Assembly: GCA_046484145.1 (NCBI GenBank)
Contig: JAWOBS010000308.1
Span: 1 to 33,277 of the forward strand
Length of the DNA: 33,277 nucleotides
Source: Bacteroidales bacterium
GTDB taxonomy: Bacteria > Bacteroidota > Bacteroidia > Bacteroidales > UBA7960
Reading direction: 5' to 3'
The translations under genes and the position numbers were made by a program. Below, piece after piece: positions 1 through 10,049 of the stretch. The notes below the pieces were generated by a model. It had not been told where the DNA came from. It searched no databases and saw only the letters and a program-made list of their open reading frames with translations. Positions within the stretch are counted from its first letter, which is position 1. Each line of letters opens with the position of its first letter.

Positions 1-795
1 TTTTTAGTAACAGGAATGTTAATACCACTTATTGTTCCGGTTACCACACCTTTGTGGATGATTGCTTTAGCAACAATATTTGCCGTTATAATCGGAAAAG
101 AAGTCTTTGGTGGCACAGGTATGAATATTGTTAACCCGGCTTTACTTGCCAGGGCGTTCTTATTTTTCTCATATCCGGCATATTTTTCCGGCGAAGTTTA
201 CATTTATACAACTCTTCAGGAAGGTCAGCATTTGATTGACGGGTTTTCAGGGGCCACTCCTCTTGCTTTTGGTGCTTTAGCTGCCGGTGGACAAATGACT
301 TTTGCCGAACTAAATGCATCTTTGCCTTCAATAATGGAAATGTTTATTGGCAATATACCGGGCGTAATCGGAGAAACTTCAACCCTTGCAATCCTATTAG
401 GTGCGATATTTCTTGTCGGAACCGGTATCGGCAGCCTCAGGATAATGCTCTCTGTGGTTATTGGCGCCTTATTCATGGGAGGAGTATTTAATATTTTTGC
501 TGTAAATCCGTTTATGGAAATACCTGCATATTATCACTTAATGCTTGGCGGTTTTGCTTTTGGAGCAGTCTTTATGGCAACCGACCCTGTGTCAGCTGCT
601 CAAACAGGCACAGGTAAGTACATATATGGGTTTTTGATAGGTGTAATTACAATGCTTATCAGGGTGCTTAATCCTGCTTACCCGGAAGGTGTAATGCTTG
701 CTATTTTGTTAATGAACATTTTTGCTCCCCTGATTGATCATTATGTTATACAGGCAAACATAAAACGTCGAATGAATAGATTGAAAACTACATAG
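1..795 (+). CDS. nqrB: Na+-translocating NADH:quinone oxidoreductase subunit B (5'-truncated by window edge)
   Basis: Frame is open from base 1 ([10 protein letters not shown]...). Motifs [20 protein letters not shown]-attachment [21 protein letters not shown] and [12 protein letters not shown] are present. First gene of a B-C-D-E-F series. Confidence 0.96.
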   Translation, partial: FLVTGMLIPLIVPVTTPLWMIALATIFAVIIGKEVFGGTGMNIVNPALLARAFLFFSYPAYFSGEVYIYTTLQEGQHLIDGFSGATPLAFGALAAGGQMTFAELNASLPSIMEMFIGNIPGVIGETSTLAILLGAIFLVGTGIGSLRIMLSVVIGALFMGGVFNIFAVNPFMEIPAYYHLMLGGFAFGAVFMATDPVSAAQTGTGKYIYGFLIGVITMLIRVLNPAYPEGVMLAILLMNIFAPLIDHYVIQANIKRRMNRLKTT

Positions 796-832
796 ATAAA
801 AACATAGTGTTAACTTTTGAAAATAATTGACC

Positions 833-1528
833 ATGTATAGTAATCGATATATATTTCTTTATGCCAGTGCAATGGTTATTATTGTAGCTGTTCTTCTTTC
901 CACAGCTGCAACATTGCTAAGGCCTTTTCAGGAAAGAAATGTTCGTATTGAAAAAATGCAAAACATCCTTGCTTCAATGAATGTTGAATCAACAAAAAGT
1001 AATGCTGATGAAGTTTTTCAAAAATTCATCATTGAAACCAAGGTAGTAAATCACCTTGGAGAAGATGTTGAAGGGGATGCTTTTGAAATTGACCTTATGG
1101 AAGAAAATCGCAAGGATATTACAGAAAGAAGGTTGCCATTATACATCGCAGAAATTGAAACAGATACTGTTTATGTAATTCCTATGCATGGTTCCGGATT
1201 ATGGGGGCCTATATGGGGCTATATTAGCCTGAAGTCAGATCTGAACACTATATTAGGTGCAAATTTTGATCATGAATCAGAAACTCCCGGCTTAGGAGCT
1301 GAAATATCGCAACCGTCATTTGAGAGTCAATTTGCAGGTAAGGAAATCTATGATAATTCAGGAAACTATAAGTCGGTGCAGACTAAAAGAGGTGGAGCTC
1401 CGGATGATGACCCACATGCAGTTGATGCAATTTCAGGAGGAACTATTACCTCTAATGGCCTCAATGAAATGATAGATGAAGGCCTTAAAGTTTATGAACC
1501 ATTTTTCAAAAAACTCAAAGATATATGA
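833..1528 (+). CDS. nqrC: Na+-NQR subunit C (FMN-binding)
   Basis: N-terminal TM helix, GxGLWGPIWG, ETPGLGAEI and flavinylation motif DAISGGTITS. ATG at 833 is preferred over the TTG at 827. Confidence 0.95.
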   Translation: MYSNRYIFLYASAMVIIVAVLLSTAATLLRPFQERNVRIEKMQNILASMNVESTKSNADEVFQKFIIETKVVNHLGEDVEGDAFEIDLMEENRKDITERRLPLYIAEIETDTVYVIPMHGSGLWGPIWGYISLKSDLNTILGANFDHESETPGLGAEISQPSFESQFAGKEIYDNSGNYKSVQTKRGGAPDDDPHAVDAISGGTITSNGLNEMIDEGLKVYEPFFKKLKDI

Positions 1529-2187
1529 GTCAGTCAAACAACAATTCAGCAAAAGAACCTTTATTCTCATTAAAGAATAAAAAACTATTAACAAATCCTT
1601 TAGGAAAAAATAATCCTATTACAGTCCAGGTACTAGGCATTTGTTCGGTTTTGGCAATTACTGTCCAGGTAAAAACATCACTTGTGATGGCAATATCTGT
1701 TTTGGTAGTAATGGCACTTGCAAATGTAATTATATCACTACTAAGGAACACAATTCCGCCAAGGATAAGGATAATTGTGCAATTGGTTGTTATTTCCAGC
1801 CTGGTGATAATTGTTGACCAGACGTTAAAAGCATTCGTATATGATGTCAGCCGACAGTTATCTGTTTTTGTGGGCTTAATTATCACGAATTGCATTATTA
1901 TGGGCCGCCTTGAAGCTTTTGCATTAAGCAATAAAGTATGGCCGTCTTTTCTTGATGGTATTGGAAATGCCGCAGGATATGGCGCTATATTACTTACCGT
2001 AGGCATCGTAAGGGAAGTGTTTGGAGCAGGTTCTTTTATGGGACAGCAGATTGTTCCACAATGGTTTTACGACATAGGTTATGAGAATAACGGACTAATG
2101 ATATTGCCTCCAATGGCATTATTTACTGTTGGAGTTATTATATGGATACATCGTTCACGTGACAAAGAACTTATTGATGTAAGTTAA
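1525..2187 (+). CDS. nqrD: Na+-NQR subunit D
   Basis: NPITVQVLGICS and VGLIITNCIIMGRLEAFA (conserved Fe-ligand Cys). ATGA overlap with the nqrC stop. Confidence 0.95.
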   Translation: MSQSNNNSAKEPLFSLKNKKLLTNPLGKNNPITVQVLGICSVLAITVQVKTSLVMAISVLVVMALANVIISLLRNTIPPRIRIIVQLVVISSLVIIVDQTLKAFVYDVSRQLSVFVGLIITNCIIMGRLEAFALSNKVWPSFLDGIGNAAGYGAILLTVGIVREVFGAGSFMGQQIVPQWFYDIGYENNGLMILPPMALFTVGVIIWIHRSRDKELIDVS

Positions 2188-2207
2188 ACGCTTTTAAATT
2201 ATTGGCT

Positions 2208-2825
2208 ATGATTGATTATGTAAATATTTTTGTGAGGTCAATTTTTATTGACAACCTCGTTCTGGCATACTTTCTGGGTATGTGCTCGTATCTTGCGGTA
2301 TCAAGAACAATTAATACATCAACAGGGCTCGGAATTGCCGTAATCTTTGTTCTTGGAATTACAGTTCCTGTTAATTATCTCCTTGAGAATTATGTGCTGG
2401 ATAAAGGTGCTTTAGCATGGCTGGGGCCCCAATTTGCTGATGTTAATCTCAGTTTTCTAACATTCATTATGTTCATTTCAATTATTGCTGCAATGGTTCA
2501 GCTTGTTGAAATGATAATTGAGAAATTCAGCCCTACACTTTACAGCAACCTGGGTATCTTCCTGCCCCTGATAGCTGTGAACTGCGCGATTTTAGGAGGT
2601 TCGTTGTTTATGCAACAAAGAAACTTTGAAAATATTGGAGAAGCTGCAACTTTTGGAGTTGGGTCAGGAATAGGTTTTTTCCTGGCTATTGTTGGAATAG
2701 CAGCAATAAGGGAGAAGATCAGGTATTCTAATGTGCCGGCACCACTCAGAGGACTGGGTATTACCTTTATAATAACAGGGCTTATGGGTATTGCTTTTAT
2801 GAGTTTTATGGGAATTCAATTATAA
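2208..2825 (+). CDS. nqrE: Na+-NQR subunit E
   Basis: FLGMCSYLAVS, GIFLPLIAVNCAILG and LRGLGITFI. ATG at 2208 (the track starts at TTG 2202). Confidence 0.95.
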   Translation: MIDYVNIFVRSIFIDNLVLAYFLGMCSYLAVSRTINTSTGLGIAVIFVLGITVPVNYLLENYVLDKGALAWLGPQFADVNLSFLTFIMFISIIAAMVQLVEMIIEKFSPTLYSNLGIFLPLIAVNCAILGGSLFMQQRNFENIGEAATFGVGSGIGFFLAIVGIAAIREKIRYSNVPAPLRGLGITFIITGLMGIAFMSFMGIQL

Positions 2826-2910
2826 TAAGTGTAAAATATTGATTCTTAATACTAATAAGGAAACTATAGAAAAAGATAATAGTTATATTGATTAATATAA
2901 ATTTCAAAAC

Positions 2911-4170
2911 ATGATACTGCTCGGAATAGGTAGCTTTGGAGTAATAGGAATAAGCATCTTAATATTTTTTGTGGTAATGCTGCTATTAATTGTTTTGTTG
3001 CTTTATGCAAGGGCAAAACTGATTCCTAGTGGCTCTGTGAAAATCACTATCAATGACGAAAAAGAATTGGAAGTTGAATCCGGTTCAACTTTGCTCACAA
3101 CTTTAGCCAATAATTCAATATATCTGCCTAGTGCTTGTGGAGGTGGAGGGACATGCGCCATGTGTAAATGCCAGGTTTTTTCAGGTGCAGGTGACATTCT
3201 GCCTACAGAAGTAGGTTATTTTACCAGGAAAGAAATTCAGGAAGACTGGAGATTAAGCTGCCAGGTTAAGGTAAGGAATGATCTTGAGATTGGAATTCCT
3301 AAAGAAATATTCGGCATTAAAAAATGGGAATGCGAAGTTGTATCAAATAAAAACGTTGCTACTTTCATTAAGGAATTTGTTGTTAAATTGCCCGAAGGAG
3401 AAAAACTTGATTTTAAATCCGGAGGATATATCCAGGTTGATGTTCCGTCTTGTGAGGTTGATTATAAGGATATTGAAGTTGACAAAGAATTTAAGGAGGA
3501 TTGGGATAAGTTTAATATGTGGGAACTTACGATGAAAAATCCTGAACCTATTTTCAGAGCATATTCAATGGCAAACCACCCGGCAGAAGGAAATATTATT
3601 AAGCTAAATGTAAGAATTGCCACACCTCCCTGGGATCCTAAGAAGAATCAGTTCATGAATGTTAATCCGGGAATATGCTCATCATATATCTTTTCATTAA
3701 AGCCGGGTGATAAAGTAACTATTTCAGGGCCTTATGGTGAGTTTTTTATTAAAGATACTGATAAGGAAATGGTTTACATTGGAGGAGGAGCAGGCATGGC
3801 TCCATTACGCTCACATATATTCCATTTATTCCACACTCTGAAAACTGACAGGAAGGTTTCCTTTTGGTACGGAGCAAGATCAAAAAGGGAAGTTTTTTAT
3901 GAAGAGGATTTTCGTAAGATAGAAAAGAAATTCCCAAACTTTAAGTTTAATATAGCCTTATCCGAGCCTTTGCCCGAAGATAACTGGGATGGATATACCG
4001 GTTTTATCCACCAGGTTGTACTTGAGAATTATCTTAGTAAGCACGAAGAGCCCGAAGAAGTTGAATACTATATTTGCGGGCCTCCGATTATGAATGACGC
4101 TGTGCTGAATATGCTTGACAATCTGGGTGTTCCCGAGGAAAACATTGATATGGATGATTTTGGAAGCTAG
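2911..4170 (+). CDS. nqrF: Na+-NQR subunit F (2Fe-2S/FAD NADH-oxidising subunit)
   Basis: N-terminal TM helix, [12 protein letters not shown]...RLSCQ 2Fe-2S motif, [21 protein letters not shown] and C-terminal DDFG. Confidence 0.97.
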   Translation: MILLGIGSFGVIGISILIFFVVMLLLIVLLLYARAKLIPSGSVKITINDEKELEVESGSTLLTTLANNSIYLPSACGGGGTCAMCKCQVFSGAGDILPTEVGYFTRKEIQEDWRLSCQVKVRNDLEIGIPKEIFGIKKWECEVVSNKNVATFIKEFVVKLPEGEKLDFKSGGYIQVDVPSCEVDYKDIEVDKEFKEDWDKFNMWELTMKNPEPIFRAYSMANHPAEGNIIKLNVRIATPPWDPKKNQFMNVNPGICSSYIFSLKPGDKVTISGPYGEFFIKDTDKEMVYIGGGAGMAPLRSHIFHLFHTLKTDRKVSFWYGARSKREVFYEEDFRKIEKKFPNFKFNIALSEPLPEDNWDGYTGFIHQVVLENYLSKHEEPEEVEYYICGPPIMNDAVLNMLDNLGVPEENIDMDDFGS

Positions 4171-4230
4171 AATAAACCAATGCTATAATTATCATCAATT
4201 ATTAAAACTTATTTGTTATAACATCACTTA

Positions 4231-5121
4231 ATGATTAATACCAGAAAGAAATCTGCACAAAAAGTAACATGGTTAGGTTTTTTTGCCAATGTAATTTTGA
4301 TGGCATTCAAGCTTTTGGCCGGTATTTTGGGACGAAGTACTGCTATGATTGCCGACTCCATTCACTCTCTCAGTGATTTTGCTACTGATCTTGTTGTTGT
4401 GGGGAGCCTAAGCGTATCATCAAAACCTCGAGATAAAAATCATAAATACGGCCATGGTAAAGTTGAAACTCTCGCAGCAGCCTTTATCGGAATTGTGCTT
4501 TTTGGCGTTGCTATCGGTATATGCTATTCCGGTATTGTTAAAATTATCAATCACTTAAGTGGCGATTTAATACAAAGGCCGGGTTTGCTGGCATTATATG
4601 CTGCAGTGTTTTCCATTGTTGTTAAAGAATTTCTTTATCATTACACATATAAAGTCGGGAAAAAAATTAACAGCAAAGTTGTGATTGCAAATGCCTGGCA
4701 TCACAGAAGTGACGTGTTATCTTCTTTTGGAACATTATTAGGAATTGCAGGTGCAATTTTTCTCGGTGAGAAATGGGTTATCCTTGATCCAATAGCAGCA
4801 ATAATTGTTAGTTTCTTTATATTTAGAGTGGCTTTCCAAATTTCCAGGGAAGCTCTTCTTGAGCTGATTGAAACTTCACTGCCAAAAAATAGTGAATCCG
4901 ATATATTAAAAATAGCATCAAGTATAAAAGGCGTCCATAATCCACATGAGTTAAAAACCAGGAAAATTGGAAATGCTGTTGCCATTGACCTGCATATATA
5001 TGTGGATGCAACATTAAATGTCAGAGAGGCACACGATATTACAGTTGAACTGGAAAAAGCTCTTCTGGATGAATACGGAGAAGAAACTTATATATCAATT
5101 CATCCTGAACCTCTGGATTAA
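4231..5121 (+). CDS. Cation diffusion facilitator (CDF, FieF/MamM-like) metal transporter
   Basis: TM2 ADSIHSLSD, HxYGHGKVE, TM5 AWHHRSD and C-terminal dimerisation domain (DLHI..., EAHDI, IHPEP). Confidence 0.92.
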   Translation: MINTRKKSAQKVTWLGFFANVILMAFKLLAGILGRSTAMIADSIHSLSDFATDLVVVGSLSVSSKPRDKNHKYGHGKVETLAAAFIGIVLFGVAIGICYSGIVKIINHLSGDLIQRPGLLALYAAVFSIVVKEFLYHYTYKVGKKINSKVVIANAWHHRSDVLSSFGTLLGIAGAIFLGEKWVILDPIAAIIVSFFIFRVAFQISREALLELIETSLPKNSESDILKIASSIKGVHNPHELKTRKIGNAVAIDLHIYVDATLNVREAHDITVELEKALLDEYGEETYISIHPEPLD

Positions 5122-5230
5122 AGGTAACTCAATAACTTATTTTTATTTATACATAAGAGTCATACTATTTTTACCAAACAATTAATTAAAAATAGAGATT
5201 TCGTTTTAGCAATTTTAAACATTTTAGCAA

Positions 5231-6250
5231 ATGAAAAAAGCAATTTACTACATTTTATTTTTTACTATAATTATATCCGGCATAGCATCATGTAATAATT
5301 CAGGAGAGTCATTGAAAAGTGTTATTATCAGGGGTAATATCTTTGGAACCATATACTCTGTCACATATTATTCTACAGATGGAGAAAATCTAAAGGAAGA
5401 AATAGATAGCATTTTTAATGATTTTAATAACACCCTTTCATATTATAATCCAAATTCTTTAATTTCAAGAATAAACAGAAATGAGACAAGTACTCCTGAT
5501 GATTATTTCCTGCGCGTTTATAATCGTTCATCTGAAATATCAAAAGAAACGAATGGAGATTTTGATGTAACTGTTTCACCTTTAGTTAATATATGGGGTT
5601 TTGGCTTTGAGAATAAAGCTGAAGTCACAAAGTATAAAATTGATTCTATTTTAGATTTTGTTGGTTACCAGAAGGCACGAATCAAGGATGGTAAACTTGT
5701 TAAAGATGATGAACGTATCAGTTTTGATTTTAATGCAATAGCAAAAGGCTACGCCGCTGATGTTATTGGGGAGTTTTTATTAAGCAGGGGTATTGAAATA
5801 TTTTTAGTTGAAATAGGTGGCGACCTTGTGACCAAAGGCTTGAAGCCGGGTAATAAAAAGTGGAAAATTGGCATTGAAAAACCTGCACAAAATTATGATG
5901 ATCCCCAGGATTGGCAATATTTAATAGAAATACATGATCAGGCAGTTGCAACTTCCGGTAATTATCGCAGGTATTATGAGGAGGATGGCCTAAGGTATTC
6001 ACACACTATAGATCCCCAAACCGGGTATCCTGTAAAGCATAACTTGTTAAGTGCAACAGTAATAGCAGATGATGCATTAACTGCAGATGCATTCGCAACT
6101 GCTTTTATGGTTATGGGGCTTGAAGAGGCGATCGAATTCACTAATAGTAAAGATAATATTGAAGCTTTTTTTATATATTCGGCCGGTGAAGATTTGCTGG
6201 AAACATATACTTCTGAAGGGATAGAAATAATAAACAGGAATGATTTATAA
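5231..6250 (+). CDS. apbE: FAD:protein FMN transferase ApbE (lipoprotein)
   Basis: Lipobox IASC, FDVTVSPLVNIWGFG, AIAKGY, EIGGD, ATSGNY, HTIDPQTG and ADAFATA. Located downstream of the nqr operon, whose B and C subunits it flavinylates. Confidence 0.95.
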   Translation: MKKAIYYILFFTIIISGIASCNNSGESLKSVIIRGNIFGTIYSVTYYSTDGENLKEEIDSIFNDFNNTLSYYNPNSLISRINRNETSTPDDYFLRVYNRSSEISKETNGDFDVTVSPLVNIWGFGFENKAEVTKYKIDSILDFVGYQKARIKDGKLVKDDERISFDFNAIAKGYAADVIGEFLLSRGIEIFLVEIGGDLVTKGLKPGNKKWKIGIEKPAQNYDDPQDWQYLIEIHDQAVATSGNYRRYYEEDGLRYSHTIDPQTGYPVKHNLLSATVIADDALTADAFATAFMVMGLEEAIEFTNSKDNIEAFFIYSAGEDLLETYTSEGIEIINRNDL

Positions 6251-6301
6251 CTCAAAGAAAGCTATGCAATATCTTTTTTCAGAATGAAAAATTATAAAAG
6301 C

Positions 6302-6499
6302 TTAGCTGCTTGCATCCTGATTTTTACATTCAGTTGCTTCATTGCCTTTGCATGAACAAGGTATTTTTTTTCCTGTCTTAGGGTCTATCGTACTGCCGCA
6401 TTCTTTCTTAAAAGAACCACCAGGCAACAAAAACATTTTAATTGCAATGCCTCCTATTGCTATTGCAATTAAAATGATAGCTAAAATAAAAACTTGCAT
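6302..6499 (-). CDS. Small single-TM Cys-rich protein, NqrM-like (putative Na+-NQR maturation factor)
   Basis: 65 aa with an N-terminal hydrophobic helix followed by four Cys (KECGS, PCSC, TEC). Adjacent to apbE and preceded by its own TAnnTTTG box. Confidence 0.65.
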   Translation of the reverse strand: MQVFILAIILIAIAIGGIAIKMFLLPGGSFKKECGSTIDPKTGKKIPCSCKGNEATECKNQDASS

Positions 6500-6530
6500 A
6501 GAAATCTCGGTTTATTATTTATGAGGCTAA

Positions 6531-6538
6531 CAAAGTTA
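6531..6538 (-). promoter_or_regulatory. Bacteroidota sigma-A -7 element (TAACTTTG) upstream of the NqrM-like gene
   Basis: Plus-strand CAAAGTTA matches TAnnTTTG on the minus strand about 30 nt before the ATG at 6499. No clear -33 TTTG was seen. Confidence 0.55.
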
Positions 6539-6540
6539 AG

Positions 6541-6951
6541 CTACTTTATGTTCATTGTGTTAAGATAGTTGCCCATTGCTTTATCAGACCTACTAATATG
6601 ATCAAACAACCATTCTTTTAAGAATTTGAAAGTTTCTATGCTTACAAATCTCTCTCCCTGTTCTGCTTTCTCAGCTAAAGAATCTAATTGTGCAATTAGA
6701 TTCTCATGCTCTTTTTTATGTGTATTATATTGCGGATAATTTGTTGCCAGCATTTTCCTTTCTTCTGCACTGAAATGATAGTTTGTATAATCTTTTAACT
6801 CTTTAAAAACTTTTTCTAATACTTCCTGGCCTTTTCCGTCCATCATTTTTTGGTGAAAAAGATTTATCAGGTCAACAAGATTTTTGTGATGCTGATCAAA
6901 CTCATCAACATTAATACTGTATAGTGTTGGATGCCATTTTATAAAACTCAT
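6541..6951 (-). CDS. Bacteriohemerythrin (single domain)
   Basis: W...YS...FDQHH, HFSAEE, HKKEH and WLFDHISRSD give the full di-iron ligand set. Confidence 0.93.
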   Translation of the reverse strand: MSFIKWHPTLYSINVDEFDQHHKNLVDLINLFHQKMMDGKGQEVLEKVFKELKDYTNYHFSAEERKMLATNYPQYNTHKKEHENLIAQLDSLAEKAEQGERFVSIETFKFLKEWLFDHISRSDKAMGNYLNTMNIK

Positions 6952-6968
6952 AACTAAAACTTTTAATT

Positions 6969-7376
6969 TTATTTTAAACCTCTTTTTATAAAAAATGAAG
7001 AATAACGCTTATCAACTCCCTTAATATGATCTGTCAACCACTTCTTAATAAAATTGAATGTCTCTATCGTAATCTCTTTTGATCCGGTTTTATTCTTTTC
7101 AATTAATTCATCCAATTGCTTAATTAAATCTTTGTGCTTTTGTTTATGGTCAAAATACTCAAGATAGCCATATTTAGCCATATCAAGCTCTTCCTCCCTG
7201 AAGTGATATTGAGTATAATCCTTTAATTCATTTAAAATGCCTCCCAGCAATTCTTTGCCTTTACCTTGCATCATAGATTCATGAAGGTTGTTTATAAGGT
7301 CAATAATTTTTTTATGATGATTATCAAACTTGTCTATTTCAACAGAATAGCTTTGATTCCAATTAAACAGTGCCAT
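6969..7376 (-). CDS. Bacteriohemerythrin (single domain), tandem paralog
   Basis: W...YSV...FDNHH, HFREEE, HKQKH and WLTDHIKGVDKRY. Confidence 0.93.
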   Translation of the reverse strand: MALFNWNQSYSVEIDKFDNHHKKIIDLINNLHESMMQGKGKELLGGILNELKDYTQYHFREEELDMAKYGYLEYFDHKQKHKDLIKQLDELIEKNKTGSKEITIETFNFIKKWLTDHIKGVDKRYSSFFIKRGLK

Positions 7377-7394
7377 AATTATAATTTTATTTTA

Positions 7395-7425
7395 CAAAAA
7401 TAAAATAAAACAATATAAGAAGCAA
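7395..7425 (-). promoter_or_regulatory. Putative sigma-A promoter for the hemerythrin pair (TTG-N20-TATTTTTG)
   Basis: Plus-strand CAAAAATA at 7395-7402 and CAA at 7423-7425 fit the Bacteroidota -7/-33 spacing. Confidence 0.5.
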
Positions 7426-7485
7426 TCAAATACTTAAATATGCAATATATTTATTTGTGTTAAATATGATTTGATAAGATTTTAA

Positions 7486-9867
7486 TTAAAACTCCATTCC
7501 AATCATTGTTATATCATCAATTTGCCCGAAGCTTCTTGATTCCGGTGGATTCATCCAGTTATCGAGGGCATCTTCTATTATATTTTTTTGATTATTGATT
7601 GATTCATTGGCTGTTTGGGCTAAAATTGTTTTAAGATTTTTAGACATAAATTTTCTTCCCTGTGGCCCCCCAAATTGATCAACAAGTCCATCGCTAAATA
7701 AATAAATTCTATCACCTTTATTTAATTCGATTTTATGACAGGTAAAATCTTTCATTTTCGGGCTAATTGCCAGTGTCATATTATCTCCTTTAGTAACATC
7801 CACCATTTTTGTAATATCTTCAAATTCTTTGTTTTTATTATCCTTTCTGATAATCCATAATGGTATTCCGGCACCGGCCCAAAAACATTGATTTGTTTTA
7901 GTATTAATAGATAACAGGCTCATATCCATACCGTCTTTTTGCGAGTCTTTCTTTGAAGTTTGGTCAAGTGCTTCGATAACAGTTTCTCTCATTATTTTAA
8001 GAACCTGTGCGGGGTCACTAACCTCTTTTTTCCTGGCGATTTCATTTAGATAGCTAACTCCGAGCATACTCATAAAAGCTCCCGGCACACCATGTCCGGT
8101 ACAATCAGCTACTGCAACCACCAGCCAATCGTTAATCATAGTAGCCCAGTAAAAATCTCCTGAAACTACATCTTTGGGCCTGAAAATAACAAAATGCTCT
8201 CCAAGTAAATAGTCAGCATAGTTTTCCTTAGGCAAAACTGCTTTTTGAATTCTCCGGGCATATCTTATTGAGTCTTCAATTTTAGTTTTTTGAATTTCAA
8301 TATGGTCTTTTTGTTTAATAACCATATTATGCTGAGCTTCAATTTCATCTTTTTGAGCATGTATTTCTTCGTTTGCTTCAATTAAAAGAGCATTTTTCTC
8401 TGTGATAACTTGATTGCTTTTCTTTTTCTGTTGGTACCCCTTGAATACCAGTAAAACCATTATTGTCATTAAAACTGAGCCTGCAATAAAGAAATTTCTT
8501 TGATTTCTCTGACGTTTATTCTCTAGTTCTTTCTTTTCAATAAGCAGTGACTGTTTTTCTATTTCCTGTTGTTTTTTTTCAGTTTCATATTTTGTTTGCA
8601 TTTCAGCCAGTGCTTTTGTTTTTTCCTCATTAAACATTGAGTCCTTTGTAGCAATATACACCTCTGCAAACTCCAGGGCATCCCTATAATTTCCTGCCTT
8701 TTTATAAATTCGCTTAAGGTTTCCCGCTACATTATTTTGTACTGGTAAGGCTCCAATTTTAAGAGCTAAATCATAAGCATTATGGCCATATTCAAGGGCT
8801 GAGATGATTATTTCTTCCAGCTCACTGCCTGTAGCTTTTTGAGCCATGTCAACATACAATTCTGCTATATTTGTATAAACTATTGCCTGCCCTTGCAAAT
8901 CACCGCTTTCCTCATCGATTTTTAATGCTTTAATATATTCTGCAATAGCTTTATCGTGCTCGTCCTGCTCACGGTAAACATTGCCAATATTTGTATAACT
9001 AGCCGACATTCCTCTCTGATCACCAATCTGCTCTTTTATTTCTAATGATTTTTTGTGATATTCAATTGCCTCATCATACATCTTATTGTCGGAATGAAAA
9101 TTTCCAATATTATTGTACACAACTGATAAGCCTCTGATATCTTCAAGCTCTTCGTATATTTCCTGTGCCTTTAATGAGTAATCTATAGAACTATCAAAAT
9201 TTCCCTGGTTATGATAAATAAGGCCTATATTAGCATAGCTGTCTGCTACACCCTTATGATCACCAAGGCCTTCCCTAATTTTTAAAGATTTTAAAAAATA
9301 ATCAATTGACTTATCATAATTTCCTTGATCAAAATATACTATCCCTATATTGTTAAAAGATCTTGACATACCAATGGAATCCTGAATTGCAATATTCATT
9401 TCAAGAGATTTTTCATAATTTTCAATAGCTAATTTATAATTACCTTGCGTCCTGTATATAATTCCAATATTATTGAATGATCTGGCCATTCCTTCTTTAT
9501 CATCAAACTTTTCTTCTATTGCAAGAGATTTTAAATAGTAACTCATAGCGATATCTACATCTCCCAGCACATGATAAACTATTGCCAAATTACCCATAGC
9601 TAAAGACTTCTCTTCTTCATATTCATTTTCTTCAGCTATTTTAATACTCTTATTATAATAATATATTGCTGAATCCGGAACAAGGTGTTCATAAACATCT
9701 CCTATATCAATGTATAAAACACATCTCTCTCTGTCCTCTTTTACATTGCTTAGTACATTATGAAGTGAATCAAGTTTAGTTTGATCCTGGGAAGCAAGGT
9801 TTAATATGGAAATGTTTAATATAATTATTGCAGTTACAAGCTTAATTATAAATTTATTATGTATCAT
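7486..9867 (-). CDS. Membrane-anchored sensor phosphatase: periplasmic TPR array, TM, coiled coil, SpoIIE/PP2C domain
   Basis: Signal peptide ending LAS-Q and about 40-aa repeats with NNIG cores. TM FFIAGSVLMTIMVLLVF. PP2C motifs VSGDFYW, DCTGHGVPGAFMS, DGMD, FSDG and QIDD. Confidence 0.9.
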   Translation of the reverse strand: MIHNKFIIKLVTAIIILNISILNLASQDQTKLDSLHNVLSNVKEDRERCVLYIDIGDVYEHLVPDSAIYYYNKSIKIAEENEYEEEKSLAMGNLAIVYHVLGDVDIAMSYYLKSLAIEEKFDDKEGMARSFNNIGIIYRTQGNYKLAIENYEKSLEMNIAIQDSIGMSRSFNNIGIVYFDQGNYDKSIDYFLKSLKIREGLGDHKGVADSYANIGLIYHNQGNFDSSIDYSLKAQEIYEELEDIRGLSVVYNNIGNFHSDNKMYDEAIEYHKKSLEIKEQIGDQRGMSASYTNIGNVYREQDEHDKAIAEYIKALKIDEESGDLQGQAIVYTNIAELYVDMAQKATGSELEEIIISALEYGHNAYDLALKIGALPVQNNVAGNLKRIYKKAGNYRDALEFAEVYIATKDSMFNEEKTKALAEMQTKYETEKKQQEIEKQSLLIEKKELENKRQRNQRNFFIAGSVLMTIMVLLVFKGYQQKKKSNQVITEKNALLIEANEEIHAQKDEIEAQHNMVIKQKDHIEIQKTKIEDSIRYARRIQKAVLPKENYADYLLGEHFVIFRPKDVVSGDFYWATMINDWLVVAVADCTGHGVPGAFMSMLGVSYLNEIARKKEVSDPAQVLKIMRETVIEALDQTSKKDSQKDGMDMSLLSINTKTNQCFWAGAGIPLWIIRKDNKNKEFEDITKMVDVTKGDNMTLAISPKMKDFTCHKIELNKGDRIYLFSDGLVDQFGGPQGRKFMSKNLKTILAQTANESINNQKNIIEDALDNWMNPPESRSFGQIDDITMIGMEF

Positions 9868-10049
9868 AGCGGCAAAAAAAATTATAAATTTTGAAAAATA
9901 ATTGTAGAAAATAATCCCATAAAATTAACAGGATTACTATAACTACAAAACAAAGTTTTTCGTAATTTTTCAACCTTTATTTTAATCGGTTGTTTAACAG
10001 CGGGTTGCAATGCAAAAAAAATGAAAGAATTAGGCTTGTACTTATAATT

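Noticed and set aside
1-4170. Rnf complex instead of Nqr
   Set aside because: The gene order B-C-D-E-F and an NqrF-type FAD/2Fe-2S subunit ending in DDFG identify Na+-NQR. No RnfB/RnfC-like 4Fe-4S proteins are present.
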